Below are positions 50,701 through 64,000 of a DNA stretch of 64,000 nt, piece after piece. Where the stretch lies: positions 1,674,001 to 1,738,000 of the forward strand of contig NC_043007.1 of assembly GCF_006345805.1 (NCBI RefSeq), in the 5' to 3' direction. The number at the start of each line of letters is the position of its first letter. The first letter of the stretch is position 1. Below the pieces are notes generated by a model, which saw only the letters and a program-made list of their open reading frames with translations, ran no database searches and had not been told where the DNA came from. This stretch comes from Octopus sinensis. Taxonomy: Eukaryota. The position numbers were made by a program, and so were the translations under genes.

Positions 50701-51610
50701 TATGTCTGTGAGTTAATGGTCAGGTATTTTGCCTATCGGTCAAATGACCTTCTTTTGAATGCAATCTCAGATTCTCAATGTATGTATGTGTGTATGTGTA
50801 CATATGTGTGTGTGCGTAACAGCAGCAGCATTGTCACACAGATGTGAACAGCATTAGGTCTTACTTGTGCTTCCCAGGGGTTTAAAAAGTGATTGGGTTT
50901 GGTGTATTTCGTGGTTCACCGAACCATCTCTGTAGCTTTTATGTAGCATTTTGGCTTCTATTTTTCGCATTTTGTTTTAACAATTCCTATCAGTATGCTT
51001 TAGCGATTTAATATCTGTCTGTCTGTTAAGGAAACTCACGACCATAAATGTTAAAACAAAACGAAACCGATAATAATAATAATAATGATGATAATAATAA
51101 ATCCGAAGTTATAACGGCTTGTTTTTGTTTTTTAGTTAAATTTTTGATAATTTGAAAATAAATTTATTTACTAATATCAGCATAATAACCATAAACGAAG
51201 TTATTGTCAAAACAGTCCAAATTTAAATGTTTAAATTATACTTTAATATTGGAAAGATAAAGATAGTGCTTTTTGTTTGTGTTTGGTTTCTAAGTGCTGA
51301 ACATGAGCGCCATCTACGAATGATTTCTCAAATCCTTGAGAAACAGTTGTTTATCTGCTAAGTATATCTCCTCGGTAATGGGCCAGACGTGATTTAAATC
51401 TGTTCGATATTTTTAATATTCGTTATTTCTTCATGTATCTGTTCACATATTGTTTTTGAAATGACTTTTTAAATGTTTACTAAAATGAAATGATTTAGTT
51501 GGAAGAAATAACTAACTTTAAATCACATTGTTCTAGAATTTGGAATTTTTTTTTCATTTTTTTTATTCCATTTTTATTCCATTTTTTTTTTTGTTTTAAT
51601 TTAAATTATT

Positions 51611-52774
51611 CTATACTTGTGTCACTTCTGTTTGAATTGAACTATACGTTACGCCATTCTTGTTAGTTCGATTCCGAACATTATTTACACAAACGTTAAA
51701 GATGTGAGTCCTGAATGTTTTTCGGAAAGCCTGACTCATAATACAGTAAAGAATAAAATTAATTGCACTGTTAATTAGTACCAGAATATCCATTACATCT
51801 CCTAAAGGCACATAAACATTTGAGAAAAAATCTTGGTTGATGCCACTTATCAGAGCAAGTATTCCTTGTGGCAACTCAGTAATAACCACTGATAAGACCA
51901 CCGCTATAAGCATCTTTGTTGTTCTGTTGCTTTCTGTGCTAGAAGATTCTTGTGTAGCCCGGGAGCCTTGTGAATGGAGACGAGCTTTTCGTTTTTCTGC
52001 TTTATGCATTGCATGTATTAAGATAGCACTGAGGATTGTCAAAAACGTGCACGGGGCTACCTTCATCAAGACACCGAAAAGCCAATATGTTATAGTGAAA
52101 AAGATAGGCGGAAGATCCCGTTGAGATATCCAGTATGAAGTATGGTCGCCGTCTGGTGGCATCTCGCTGACGACGTATTGTGCATAGTTAGGTATACAAA
52201 ACAAGATGTTTATTCCAACTGTTATCAAAACTGTGAGTTTCGAGCGGGCTAAGTTGCAGAGCGTCGGTGCTTGTGTGTGATGACAGACAAAGATATATCG
52301 GAAAACTGCCAACGAGACAGTTAACCAAAGGGCTATGGTATGGCAAGTTATGATAAAGTTGTTGTGAATAACAATGAATAGCACCCATGCATATGGATGA
52401 TAGGAACTTTGGCTAGGAGAAGCAAAAATATAAAGGTATGTAGCATATGGGATATATGTGGTCATCGTGAACATATCAAAAATTGCTAGAGCTGTTAAAA
52501 TATAATTAGTAGGAGAAATCATGTGTTTTCTTGTCAACACAAAAATATTCAATATGTTTGAAATTACTCCAAATATACAAACAGTGACACTAATATAACC
52601 ATGGGCTTTCTCATACACAGCAGAGAATTTCATAAACCCACTGCGTTCTGGATCTTCAAAGGTGCTGTTGTTTGACGTAACGTCAGTCAGACTTGTGGCT
52701 ATTGAGGAGACATTCTCCCACAGTGACATATTGGCTGCGTATTCCATGTTGTCGTAGGAATCATTTAAGAACAT
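51611..52774 (-). CDS. Class A peptide GPCR with uninterrupted coding sequence, myosuppressin receptor/DmsR (FMRFamide-receptor-like) group, 387 aa
   Basis: Seven hydrophobic segments. N-terminal N-glycosylation sequons (NDS, NMS, NVS, NNS, NST). TM1 HGYISVTVCIFGVISNILN, TM2 SPTNYILTALAIFD, TM3 end FRY (DRY variant), TM6 ELPQG, TM7 NSAINFILY. In-frame TAA 8 codons upstream fixes the ATG at 52774. Confidence 0.95.
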   Translation of the reverse strand: MFLNDSYDNMEYAANMSLWENVSSIATSLTDVTSNNSTFEDPERSGFMKFSAVYEKAHGYISVTVCIFGVISNILNIFVLTRKHMISPTNYILTALAIFDMFTMTTYIPYATYLYIFASPSQSSYHPYAWVLFIVIHNNFIITCHTIALWLTVSLAVFRYIFVCHHTQAPTLCNLARSKLTVLITVGINILFCIPNYAQYVVSEMPPDGDHTSYWISQRDLPPIFFTITYWLFGVLMKVAPCTFLTILSAILIHAMHKAEKRKARLHSQGSRATQESSSTESNRTTKMLIAVVLSVVITELPQGILALISGINQDFFSNVYVPLGDVMDILVLINSAINFILYCIMSQAFRKTFRTHIFNVCVNNVRNRTNKNGVTYSSIQTEVTQV

Positions 52775-52800
52775 TATGCTGAGCAGGTTGGTCCGTTATT

Positions 52801-52830
52801 CTTTGGAATAAAAAGTAAAACAGAAAAAGA
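52801..52830 (-). promoter_or_regulatory. Splice acceptor of a 5'-UTR intron of the GPCR
   Basis: Minus strand reads TCTTTTTCTGTTTTACTTTTTATTCCAAAG|AATAACGG, 26 nt before the ATG. Implies one or more non-coding exons at higher coordinates. Confidence 0.7.
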
Positions 52831-53483
52831 ATTTATAATCCAATATGAGAAATAATCCAGATAAATTCATGCATATATTTTCTGTTACCTTGTTCTTTTT
52901 ATTCATGGATTTAAATGTCCAATAAGTGTTTAATCCAATCTTCCATGGGTGGTGGTGATAGTAGTAGTAGTAGTAGTAGTGGTTGTTGTTGTTTGAGAGC
53001 AGTATCTTCCAAGGAAGAGGTGGGAGGGAGAGAAAGAAGAAGAATTTTTGTTTTGAATATTAGAAATGCTAAATATTCAAAACCACTTTACGTTTCATCA
53101 GAATCTCTTTCATTGAGATTAATATTAATTGATGCTGTATCACTTCTCTTTGATGTTCCTTGAGTGACGCACTGTTGGCTTTCAATGTTACATTTCCGCA
53201 ACCAAACAGTTTGCTGGTCTTCTTAATTTGACGAGAAACAGTGCCGCTGTCGGTGTTTCAATTCTCACCTGATTGGTTTACCCATGGCCTTGAATTTTTG
53301 GCTTCTGTGTATTTTATTCAGGTTGATGGAGGTTTTGGTGAGACTGGTAAACTTCCCATATCACATTCCAGAAAATTTCTGTTGGAAAAAAAAAAATGAA
53401 AAAAGCAATATAGAATATATTTTATTCTTTTTAATTAAATTAAAGAGAAATATATGTATATATATATGTATATCATCATCATG

Positions 53484-53525
<42 letters not shown>

Positions 53526-53526
<1 letters not shown>

Positions 53527-53678
53527 GGGAGATTTTTATGAAAAAAACAAAAGACGAAGACAGGTGGTGTACAAAACGAACAGATGTATTTGTATAACGC
53601 TCAGGAATAGAAAAAGTCTTCTACGTTTTGAGCCTACGCTCCTCTACAGAAAGGGACACAGAAAAAAACAAGGAGAGA
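53526..53678 (-). mobile_element. Family H copy (hammerhead 53618-53653, G12 mutated to A)
   Basis: About 85% identical to 37561-37714. CTGTAGA-G-GAGC-GTAG-GCTC-AAAAC-GTA. Confidence 0.75.
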
Positions 53679-55472
53679 AAAATATATATATACATACATT
53701 CACACACACACATACATATGCTTATATATTATAAATATATGCATATGTAGAGAATGAATTAAACAGACTTGGTATCGATATGTTTTATATCAAATAATTG
53801 TTTTAATTCCGTTGTTTTTTCTTTTTAATAGCTATTGCTTTCTTTGCTGCTATGCATAATCAATTTGTATTACCTGTCACACCGTTTTAATACTGAAAGC
53901 AATTTCTAATCGATGAAACATTTAAATTACTGAATACGTAACTTATTTTGATTTTTATACAAAGTTTTAATTACAAGATTTTTGTCTTCTTCTCCCCCTC
54001 CTCATTCTTCTCGAGTCTCTCAAGTATTCCATATAAAAGTAAAAAGATAATTATGTCACAAACAGTTAATAATTTTCGTTGTTATTCTCTGTCATGAATA
54101 TCAATTAATATAATAAGAATTTTTATTGCTGTATATTTTGAAGATACAGCTTTAGGCAAATATCTAAATTCCTGCTCCGTTTCAAGATTTTGATTCTGCT
54201 ACATGTGTGTGCTTCTGTGTGTGTGTGTGTGTGTGTGTGTGTTTGTGTGTACTTATGTGTGTAGGTGTTTGTGATTGCTTACATATATCTCCAACATTGT
54301 GTGCTATTAAGTCGGTGCTTCAAAAATCATTTAACTTAGAAAAGAAACGTCGGTTAAGTGAAAAATTTTGCTCTATTAATTATTATCCAAGGCAATCTGC
54401 AGTCAATTTAGAATGAAGTGAAATGGCTTTGAAAGTTATTAAATTAGACGAAGGCCAAGACATTTTTCAGGCCTGATTGAAAAGAGATTCTGAATAATAT
54501 CTTCAAGTAATATAGCCTTGACAGGAAAGAGAAATACAATTATATGATGCAACCATAGCCTGTTAGAGCCTTGTAGATATCAATATGTGTGTTCGTTATA
54601 GGATTAGGTTTAAATAATTAAAAGTTATGATTTCTAATTCATTATGAAAGAAGCTTGTAGAATGTATTTTGGTTGTCTTATTTTTGATACTAGAAAAATA
54701 TGCACACAGATAAACACACCCACCCACACACACACACACACATACTTAAACACAGTACAATTTTTAAATTTAATTCTTAATTACCAACCTGTCAATTTTG
54801 CATTTAATATTATATTCGAGTTCTCTCTAAGTCTATTCAGTTTTTTCAGTAGGGTTTTAACACTAAAAATACACATGTGCACACAAATAGTTTGGTGAAA
54901 GATTTTAATTCAGAACTTTTGAAAAGAAGACATTTGTGCTACAGAACCAGAGGCAGTTTCAGCCGGGTTGGTAATGAAAAGGTTAATATGCCAACTTGAC
55001 ATGATTATGTGATGAGGGATAAAAACAAGTAATTAGTTAACAACTGACAGGACTAGTATTCAGGATTACAGGTAAGTTCACTGCCAACAATTCACTGTGA
55101 AGAAAGATCACCATGAGGAAAGTTCAATGTGTGGTAAGTTTACCAAGAAAATATATTCGTAGTGTCTCACCATTAATAGTTAAAAACTATTTGGTGACGG
55201 TGAACTTTCCGTGTGGTGAATTGATGACAAAGAGCTTACTGGTCATGAATCTTTAGTGTCCTAGGTTTCCCTTGCAATGAGCTGTGTATTCTGCTAGCTA
55301 TGACTGTGTACTCAATACACTCAGGAGCTGTGGCTTGTAACAGTACAGAGTGCACATTATTATGTTAACAGTTCTACTGGTGATGCTTCAGTTGTCTGTT
55401 ACTCTTGAAAATATTGTCCAGGCAACTACAGTAATTCTTCATTGGCAGATATGGATAATAAGATTAAGTTTA

Positions 55473-55527
<55 letters not shown>

Positions 55528-55667
55528 TATATTTCACAGACATGATATTACAGGATTAAACTGTATAAGATGTGTTGCAATGCCATTCAAGCCTATATCA
55601 GTTTAAACAAAAAAAAAAAAGAAAAGAAAAGGTGGGATTGATAAAATGTGATGCTCCTGCTGATAGT

Positions 55668-55879
55668 GATGATGATGATGTTGATGATGATGATGACGAC
55701 GATGATGATGACGATGTTGATGATGGTGATGATGATGTTGGTGATGATGATGACGATGATGATGATGACGATGTTGATGATGGTGATGATGATGACGATG
55801 ATGATGACGATGACGATGATGATGATGACAATGTTGATGATGATGATGACGATGTTGTTGATGATGATGATGATGATGA
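55668..55879. repeat. (GAT)/(GAC) array
   Basis: Direct reading. Confidence 0.95.
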
Positions 55880-56635
55880 TAGCTTCTTGTGGAAAGTGTT
55901 ACCATTTAGTTTTGTTTCTGGATGTGAAAGTCACACTAGTAGAATGAATTTTTTGATTCAAAGTAAGTTTGACAACTCTAAAATAAGAACGAATTCGTCT
56001 AACACATCGTCTTTTTACTTTATTTTATTCCTTTCACTCTGCTAAGAACATTCTTCTTGTGAAAGAATCTCACACAGACATTATTATGCCTATTTCTTAT
56101 CTCCAGAATCCCCATCACACACACACACACACAAAAAAGACATGCTGAAGTATTGTCAAATTTAAATTCTCAAGCACCAACTTGTCACTTTTATTGTTAG
56201 TATCTGATTTGAATTGTATCGGAATTTATCTACGTTTGCATCACTAAAATTACTACCATTCTGTGATGTGTTATTCAACTTTATTTGAACAAACCTACAT
56301 CATGGTATAACAGTCTGATAGTTTTTTTTCTAACTATTACTACATTGCCAAGAAATTTGGTTTTCAGTTGCATGGTTCTGGTTTTGATCTTGCTACAGAA
56401 CCCCTTAGGGTTTTTCGTCAACCCCCTTGTCATTGGAACGTGACATACCCTTTTGTCATCATTGTTTTATGTCCAAATTTCCATGTTTGGATGGATTTTT
56501 TTTCCCAATAATAATAATGCATATGACTTGAGATCTTTGCCTTGCCTTAAAGTTTGTTGTCCTCTTTAACAATTATATATATGCTGTACATATATATATT
56601 TTATATATATATATTATTATTACTTAAAGGTGACA

Positions 56636-56836
56636 GTACGTGTATTAAAGTGCTACTAGTATTTTCATATGTTGAGAGAACTCATGCATATTCTTCAGGT
56701 GCAAACCATATATCATAACAAACTAAAGAAATGGAATAAATAGAAGAAACGCATTATGATATGTAGTTTGCATCTGAAGAATATGTCTGAGGACTTCTCA
56801 ACATATGAAACTATTTGTAGCACTTTAATACATGTA
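56636..56836. repeat. Inverted repeat with a CTGAAGA-stem-GAAA motif in each arm
   Basis: Arms about 56636-56717 and about 56754-56836. Confidence 0.75.
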
Positions 56837-56923
56837 TTGGGATCTTTAAATAATAATATTTATCTCTCACTAAATGGAATACTTCTTTTGTTGAATTTCC
56901 TATCACGGACCAGTACAGTACAT

Positions 56924-57010
<87 letters not shown>

Positions 57011-57520
57011 ATATATATATATAAATATATATATATATATCCTATGTTGGAGCGGGTTTTATTATTCGTTTCTTGAAGAAATCAACAGTGTTTAGAACTG
57101 GTGTATGATGTGCTCTATCAAGTCCCAAATGACCAAGACATGTTTTATATCATATCCGCATTTCTATAACTCTGTCAAGAGTGGAGGCTCTAAGGAATGG
57201 ATTCTAGACTATATGCTAATACCAATATATAGATAATTAGCTTTGTAAGCAGACAGTTAAGTAAATCTCGACATTGTATCCATTTCCTTCAAGCTGCTAT
57301 AACTGACAGGTTTTATAGATATATGAACAATGAGCAAGCAGTTCATAATTCATACTTATAAGACGTATCGGCTTATTGCCTGTGAAATTTCCTTATAATT
57401 TTATCTACTTCAGAATGTTAGCACCATCATCATTGTTTTAATGGTCACTTTTCCATGTTAACATGGCTAAAATATAATCCATTGAAGTGGATTCTCTAAA
57501 GCTTCATGTTCTTGCTGTTG

Positions 57521-57867
57521 CTGTTGAGTGAAGCGGTCTTCGTCCCAGAGCTTGCAGTGCTATTCGTAAGACCCGCAGAAGAGAAAGCAGGTCAACCCCT
57601 GACACCGAGAGCATCAATGGATGGATGTATGCGCATCAAGGCTCAGCGGTTGCGTAGGAAGTTGGGGACAAGAAACAGGAAGAAAGAGTGAGAGAAGGTT
57701 GGAGTGAAAGAGTACAACAGGGGTCGCCACCACCCCCTGCCGGAGCCTCGTGGAGCTTTTGGGTGTTTTCGCTCAATAAACAGACACAACGCCCTGTCTG
57801 GGAATCGAAACCGCGATCCTCCAACCGCGAGTCTGCTGCCCTAACCACTGGGCCATTGCGTCTCCAC
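57521..57867 (-). mobile_element. SINE-C (same head, tail type 3), young copy
   Basis: Perfect 14-bp TSD TGTTCTTGCTGTTG (57507-57520, 57868-57881). Confidence 0.9.
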
Positions 57868-58215
57868 TGTTCTTGCTGTTGAAAATCCTCACTTGTTTCT
57901 AAGTAGGGAAATATTTCTCTTATCCTTCGAAGCGAAATAACCTGATTTGTTTTCTTAGACAATTATAAAGCAATGGAACTTTTTTTTTTTAAAACTTCAC
58001 ATTTTTTTTTTTTAATGGAAAACAGTTTTGCTTAAAATCTGCACCCAACGAGAAGACTACACAATGAATATAAAAGCCAACATACGAAATAAGCGCTTCC
58101 CTCAGTTGGCATCTACCAAATTCTCATAGAGAGCTCTATTTAGTTTGGGGGTTATACTTGAAAACACTTGCCTGAAATCATATGGATGCAAAGAAAACTT
58201 CCGAAGAAAACAGTA

Positions 58216-58385
<170 letters not shown>

Positions 58386-59437
58386 GTGCTTGTGGGTGGG
58401 CGTTATTGTTGTATACTTAAAATTTCCTTCAAATTCTTCGCTCATTCGTTACTTCAGTGGTATATCTTGGACTGTTTATTCATGTAAATACCATTCTTGT
58501 TTTATTAGCTTCTTTTCCTTTCTTTATCTCATTTTCTTCTGCTGCAGACCTTAGAATAACGGTAAACTTGTCTGATTTGATATATTACCATCTGGAAATC
58601 CTAATTGCCACCATGACTGTAATATAATCTATGGAAAAAATATAGTAATATATATTTAAAAAAATTCTTATTAGAAAAATGACTCATTATTGTAAGTCTT
58701 TTATTTTACCTGTGGTTCCTTAACTCTATCATGGTTTGCCCTGCCAAACCAACAGAAGAACCTCTATGTGACTATTCAGGTTGTTAGAAATATATCACTT
58801 GTCCCTCAAATTACACCCTACCAGTACAGCCACTGTACAATGATTGGAACAGAGTACCATTGTAATGAAATCAGGTAACAGTCTCTGATCTGACACACAA
58901 AATGTATTGATGGCCAAAACTGAATCATGCTTGGAGCACAGGTCTGCTCAATGAGGGCTGACCTTGGGTTAAATAATATCATCTGTCTTGATGTTTGTTT
59001 GTTTTAGAATCTGTTTTATAGTTGATTGAGATTTTATTTCCTTGTTTTTTTTCTTCTTTTTTCTTTCATGATTAAAATTCCTAACACAATATCTGAGAAT
59101 TCTGAAGGAAAACAATGCCAAGAGATCAAAGTTTGACATTTTTAGCAATAACAAACTATAAACTTAGTTGATTTTCATAATAGATCAAAGTTTTAATATT
59201 TAATAGGTAGAAATGTGCTTGCAAAAGCTGTTGCCTTATTTATATTACCTTGGCATAAAATTCTTATTTACATTTATCAAACAAATGCATTTAATTAAAT
59301 CATGACATGACTTAGTTAATCACATCAAGCCAGGTTTTTTATTTTTATTTTTATTTTATGCTGTCTTTATATAAGTTTGAGTATTGTAGGCTCTCACGAG
59401 CATAGATTGTTAGGTTCTACAAAGCAAATGATCACAC

Positions 59438-59543
<106 letters not shown>

Positions 59544-59547
59544 ATAT

Positions 59548-59828
59548 TTAAAATTATAACTTAGGGTATCTATGAGATACCGCCATGCTGAAAATAGCAG
59601 CCGGGATCTGAATCTAAAACCACATTAAATGCCCCTACAGCACAAGGATAGAAGACAAAAAGACAAAATAAAACTAGTAAAAAATTACTGGATAATTACT
59701 AGTTTTATTTTGTCTTCTTGTTTTCTTTTCTTGTATTATATGAACACTTAATGTGGTCTTAGAGTCAGATCCTGGCTGCTATTTTCAGCATGGCAGTATC
59801 TCGTAGATACCCCAAGTTATAATTTTAA
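59548..59828. mobile_element. Fold-back MITE with ~80-bp TIRs and nested inner hairpin
   Basis: TTAAAATTATAACTTAGGGTATC...CCACATTAA pairs with TTAATGTGG...GATACCCCAAGTTATAATTTTAA. Inner AGACAAAATAAAACTAGTAA / TTACTAGTTTTATTTTGTCT. Confidence 0.85.
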
Positions 59829-61251
59829 TAATAATTATTACCTTTGAAGGTTTTTATTTCCATGCTGGCCACTTGATAAGATCATTATTTAATTCAAATT
59901 AACGATCTTATCCTTATATATATATATATATATATATTTGTATATTTGTATATTTATTTAGCAAGCTAAAAGGAGAGGTTTATAAGAGAAGTTTGTTAGA
60001 GATAATAGAGCTATTGATGTTGCTAATGAATCTGGAGAGATTTTGAATTCCAAACTTTGAAACCCAGAATCTTGTTTCTATAATAAAATTAATAGAACCA
60101 GTGTGGGGCATAACTACAAAACAGTGTATCAGCTGTGCAGTAATTAATGCAAGAATTCTGAAATTGGGATTAAGTTACCCCATGGGACGAGTTTCTTCTA
60201 ATCTTGTGGTTAAATTTTTGTAGATTTTGAATTTGTACATTTTTTTTTTTTCTAATTATAATTTAAAAAGGAAAAGAAAACTGAAGGGGAGAAAAAATTT
60301 GAAGAAGTTCTATTTCTTGAAAATACCATTTCTGTCTCCTGCCACTTGGATTTAATAATCTATATCATCATCATTATCATCTCTCTCTCTTTTCCATGCT
60401 GGCATGGAATTAATACTATGTTGCTAATGAAGCTGTGTAATTTAGAAGACTTGCATTTAGTTTTGGTATTTGCTCCTTTTTACTTTTTCTCTGTTGTTAT
60501 TATTTGAACTTAACATAATAGTGTTGAAGAATTCTGTTTTAAATTTCTTCTTTGTTGATTGTTTTATGGCAGGAGTATAAACTCTAATTACTGAACAAAA
60601 CTGGTGGTGGTGGTGGTGGTGGTGGGGGGGGGGGTTGAATTTAAATTTGCTTTCAAATTCTTATTCAGGAAGTAAATTAAATGAATATGGTTGGGAGCCT
60701 TCCGAACTAATGATTGTTGACTGTGTGAAAAGTCAGGCCCTGTTTTGCATAATATGGTTTTAATTCTTAATGCAAATCAGGGCTAATGTTTACTCAACCT
60801 TAACCCTTTTAACCCAAGGATATTTTAGAGTCTGTATGAAAATATTGGTGGAATAAATACTTGGAAGGGGAACATGTTAAATTAGTTTGAATGAGAATTA
60901 TGTTAAGTCAGGATCAAGAGGTTGGCTGGGTTACAGGGAGTTGGACAAAATGGCTTCATCATTAAGTAATTAGTTCTCTCTGTTGTTCGGAGTTCAAGTC
61001 CCACTGAGGGCATTATTGCCCTTTGTCTTTCTCAGATTGATAAAATTAATGCACCAGCAAAGTCTTTGGGTCGATATATTTATATTCCTGTGAAATATTC
61101 TAAATGTGAGCAGAATTCTAATGGAAATCTCTGAGAAGGAAAATTGTAACTAACGAAAATTTATCCATGTTTTTGATTGTTTTGATGAAAAGGAATTAGT
61201 TTTGGTATATAATTTGGTCCCACTTCTTTTCATTACAACAATCCACATACA

Positions 61252-61409
61252 CAGGGGCAGACCGAGAGTATTAAGGGCCCTCGGTCAAAACTGTTTACCA
61301 GACCTCTTTGACAGTGTATTTCAGTAGAGTTAACATGTAGAGTGTGGGCCGCTCAGAGCTCCAGGCCCTTGGGAAATGCCTGATTGACCAATGGCTCAGT
61401 CTGCTCCTA
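61252..61409. mobile_element. hAT-type MITE
   Basis: TIRs CAGGGGCAGACCGAG / CTCAGTCTGCTCCTA. Imperfect 8-bp TSD CACATACA / CATATACC. Confidence 0.6.
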
Positions 61410-62530
61410 CATATACCTCATGCGCATGCATGCATGTAAGGAAGCTAGGTTAAGGCTTTTGCGATGTCAAGTTTTCTGCTTTTCGTTCCGGAATCCCAAA
61501 CTTGTTTCAAGAAAAAAGTTTTTGCTTCTTGCTTTTCTGTAGTTGACGTCATAAGTTACGTTAATAAGTTGATGTGATAAATAATAACATTCAGGTTACT
61601 CTGTCAAATGCAATGCTCACTTATTCACACACACACATTATAGAAATATACACATGAGCGTAGGCAATGCAGTTTCAGACCACTTCAGTGAGATATTCAT
61701 TATTTAGAGTGCTCAATTACACAACAGTAGTTGGTGCTGTGGCTTTATGGGACTTAAACAAATGAAAAAATGTGCTTCAAATATACTACATTAAAGAAAA
61801 CGTGGGAGGCTTACCACAAGTTTAATTTATGTGTGTGTTTGTGCGTGCATGTGTGTGTGTGTGTGTGTGTGTGTGTAGCGAATTATGATTTTAATTTCTT
61901 AGAAATGCTTTTAAATTGAAACATAAATATGTCAGAAACATTGGTAACAACAATAATAATTTCGAAACAATACCGAAAAACAGAATCTCTAAGAATTAAA
62001 AGAACTTAGTTTATTAATTCAAATGAAGAAGGGATGGAAATAGTGGTGATGGTGGTTTGGTGGTGGCGGTGGTGGCGGTGGGCCTACACTTAATGTTAAA
62101 TATAAAAGATTATGAAATGGTTTTATTTTGCTTTGTTGAAATGTATAAAAATAACTTCTTCAAGTTTGGCCGTTCCAGCTCCTCTTTTATTCTTGGTTTA
62201 TTTACTTAACTTCTCGACGTAGCAGCAGTTACTTGAGAAATAGTTTGACTTTTTTGGCAATGTTTGTGGTTTTGGTGCTATTTTAAGTCTAACCCAAATT
62301 GGTTTGGAAGGGGAAAAAATAAATTAAAAATAAACGTTAGCCATTTTGCACAGAATATAATCATCTCCAAAGTAATGAACCAAAAAGGTAAATTAGTTCC
62401 TAGTTACAAGAATTTTATTTTAATTAATACTGTTTTGCTTATTGACAGTTGAATACAAGTGGAAATTTTTAATCTTTATACACTTTTTGGGGGGTTCCTT
62501 CTAAGGTCCAAAATGATTTCATACATTTGA

Positions 62531-62663
62531 CCAGCTGTAGAAACTCTGCCAGATCAAGATTGGAGCCTCGTGTAGCCATCTGGTTTGCCAGCCCTCAGTC
62601 AAAATTGTCCAACCCATGCTAGCATGGAACGCAGACGTTAAATGAGGATGATGATGATGATGA
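62531..62663 (+). mobile_element. Family A 3' end
   Basis: CCAGCTGTAGAAACTCTGCCAGATC...(GAT)n. Confidence 0.8.
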
Positions 62664-63679
62664 AGGCAGAGCGGGGGTAGGTAGAGTCGAAACAACCCAC
62701 AGGCCTTGACGTGTACTTAATTTCATTGACCCCTAACTAGAAGGATGAAAAGCAGCGCCAACCCTGTGTGATGTGATTTGAACTCAAAATGTAAACTGAC
62801 CCAACTAAAGACCACACTTGCTCTGCCAATGTCTTTACTTTCAAAGCCATCATTGGCTTCATGTTTATCCCGGGAATGTTCTTGTGAGGGCTACATTAAT
62901 TGCGTTTGTGTTATGGCATCGAAAATATTTCCATTTTCACATGTTTTGATTTTGGAGGATAACAAAAGCATCTTATTTTGGTCATAAAGGTAAAAATAAA
63001 AGAGAAGGGGATTGTTGCCTAAATCCACCTCCATACATTGCCGTTATTTATTTGACGTAATCAGGTGGGAGATTGCATTCAACATATCAGTGTTTAATTA
63101 AATACTGTAAAGCAATTAGACTGCAATAATGATGACGATAATTATGAAAACAACCACAACAGCAGCAACAATGATTATTTCCATCGACACAATTCAGGGA
63201 TTGGGTGGTCGGGGTAGTTTAATTAATTGAATTCTCTGATTCTGGTTATTCCTCGTCTTTATAGCTTTGCATCTTCGCATTACCGATCAAATATGATTAA
63301 ATGTCTAAATATTGAGATGAGCTGTTGCTATTAAGGCGATAATTTTGTGAACTTTGTCTTTACTGTGTGTGTTCTGAATCTTTACATCTTTACATCTTTA
63401 CAATTGTGGTTATCACAATCATCATCAGGTATAATTGTATATCTAGGACCATATCTGACTCAGAACCATTGTTTCTAGGACCATGTATACATGTCCAGAA
63501 ATAAGTCAAATAACTGCTGATGGTCAGATGTCAACACCAGCAAGAGCTACACTTCAAATGATGAGGTTAATGCCTGGAAGAATTATATCCATAAATTTGT
63601 GTAAGTCTAAGAAAAGATTTCTGCATAAAATATTGCTATTAACAATTATGAAATTGTTACTTTGAAAGATGTAATTACA

Positions 63680-64000
63680 AGTAAAGATTTTTGTCAACAT
63701 AGCATGGCAGTTCTGGTTTAGGACTAATGTTGCTGTAATTTAGCCCCAGGAGACATCGTCTCCAGCTGGTTATATGACACAATCTGTGTCCTTATATTTT
63801 CAAACAAGGGAATCTAGCATCCCTACACAGCTCAAAACAATATCTGTGTATCACGATTTCTGGGTTATTTCTCTTCATCAGCACAGAATAATTGTTTGGC
63901 TAGAAGTGGCGCTGCCTAATTCCCATTTGAAATATATCGTTTCCAAAGTGACAACTAGTCACTGATCTCCTGGGACTAAATTACAGCAACATTCGTCCTA
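63680..64000 (-). mobile_element. Family F copy 3 (inverted arm starts about 63964 and runs off the window)
   Basis: Matches family F and contains the best hammerhead-like fold (63843-63887). Confidence 0.8.

Noticed and set aside
55572-56045. 157-aa Asp-rich ORF and overlapping His/Ser/Met ORFs
   Set aside because: Pure (GAT)n array, open in several frames by construction.

Overview
AT-rich eukaryotic genomic DNA, almost certainly from an octopus (coleoid cephalopod), judged by its tRNA-derived SINE families, microsatellite load and gene content. Two protein-coding pieces are supported. One is a 102-bp internal exon of MON2 (+, 4887-4988). The other is a rhodopsin-class peptide GPCR with an uninterrupted coding sequence, of the myosuppressin/DmsR (FMRFamide-receptor-like) group (-, 51611-52774); it has a 5'-UTR splice acceptor and may be nested antisense in a very long MON2 intron. 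The rest is intronic or intergenic: about 15 truncated 3' ends of an RTE-type LINE, three tRNA-SINE families, R4/Dong, CR1 and RTE relics, Tc1/pogo, piggyBac and hAT MITEs, fold-back elements and microsatellites. The most unusual signal is a set of at least five unrelated short repeat families, each carrying a minimal type I hammerhead ribozyme fold (stem I - CUGANGA - stem II - GAAA - very short, mostly palindromic stem III - NUH - stem I). Three of these families also show inverted end duplications (of variable length where several copies can be compared), the hallmark of Penelope-like retroelements. They include a tRNA-headed hammerhead SINE, a copy with a swapped G3:C8 core pair, and a family with U at the near-invariant position A6. 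No autonomous Penelope ORF, CRISPR, rRNA or genuine tRNA gene was seen. All folds and alignments were done by eye, and the family labels A-I are mine. Repeat boundaries are approximate unless target-site duplications are given.
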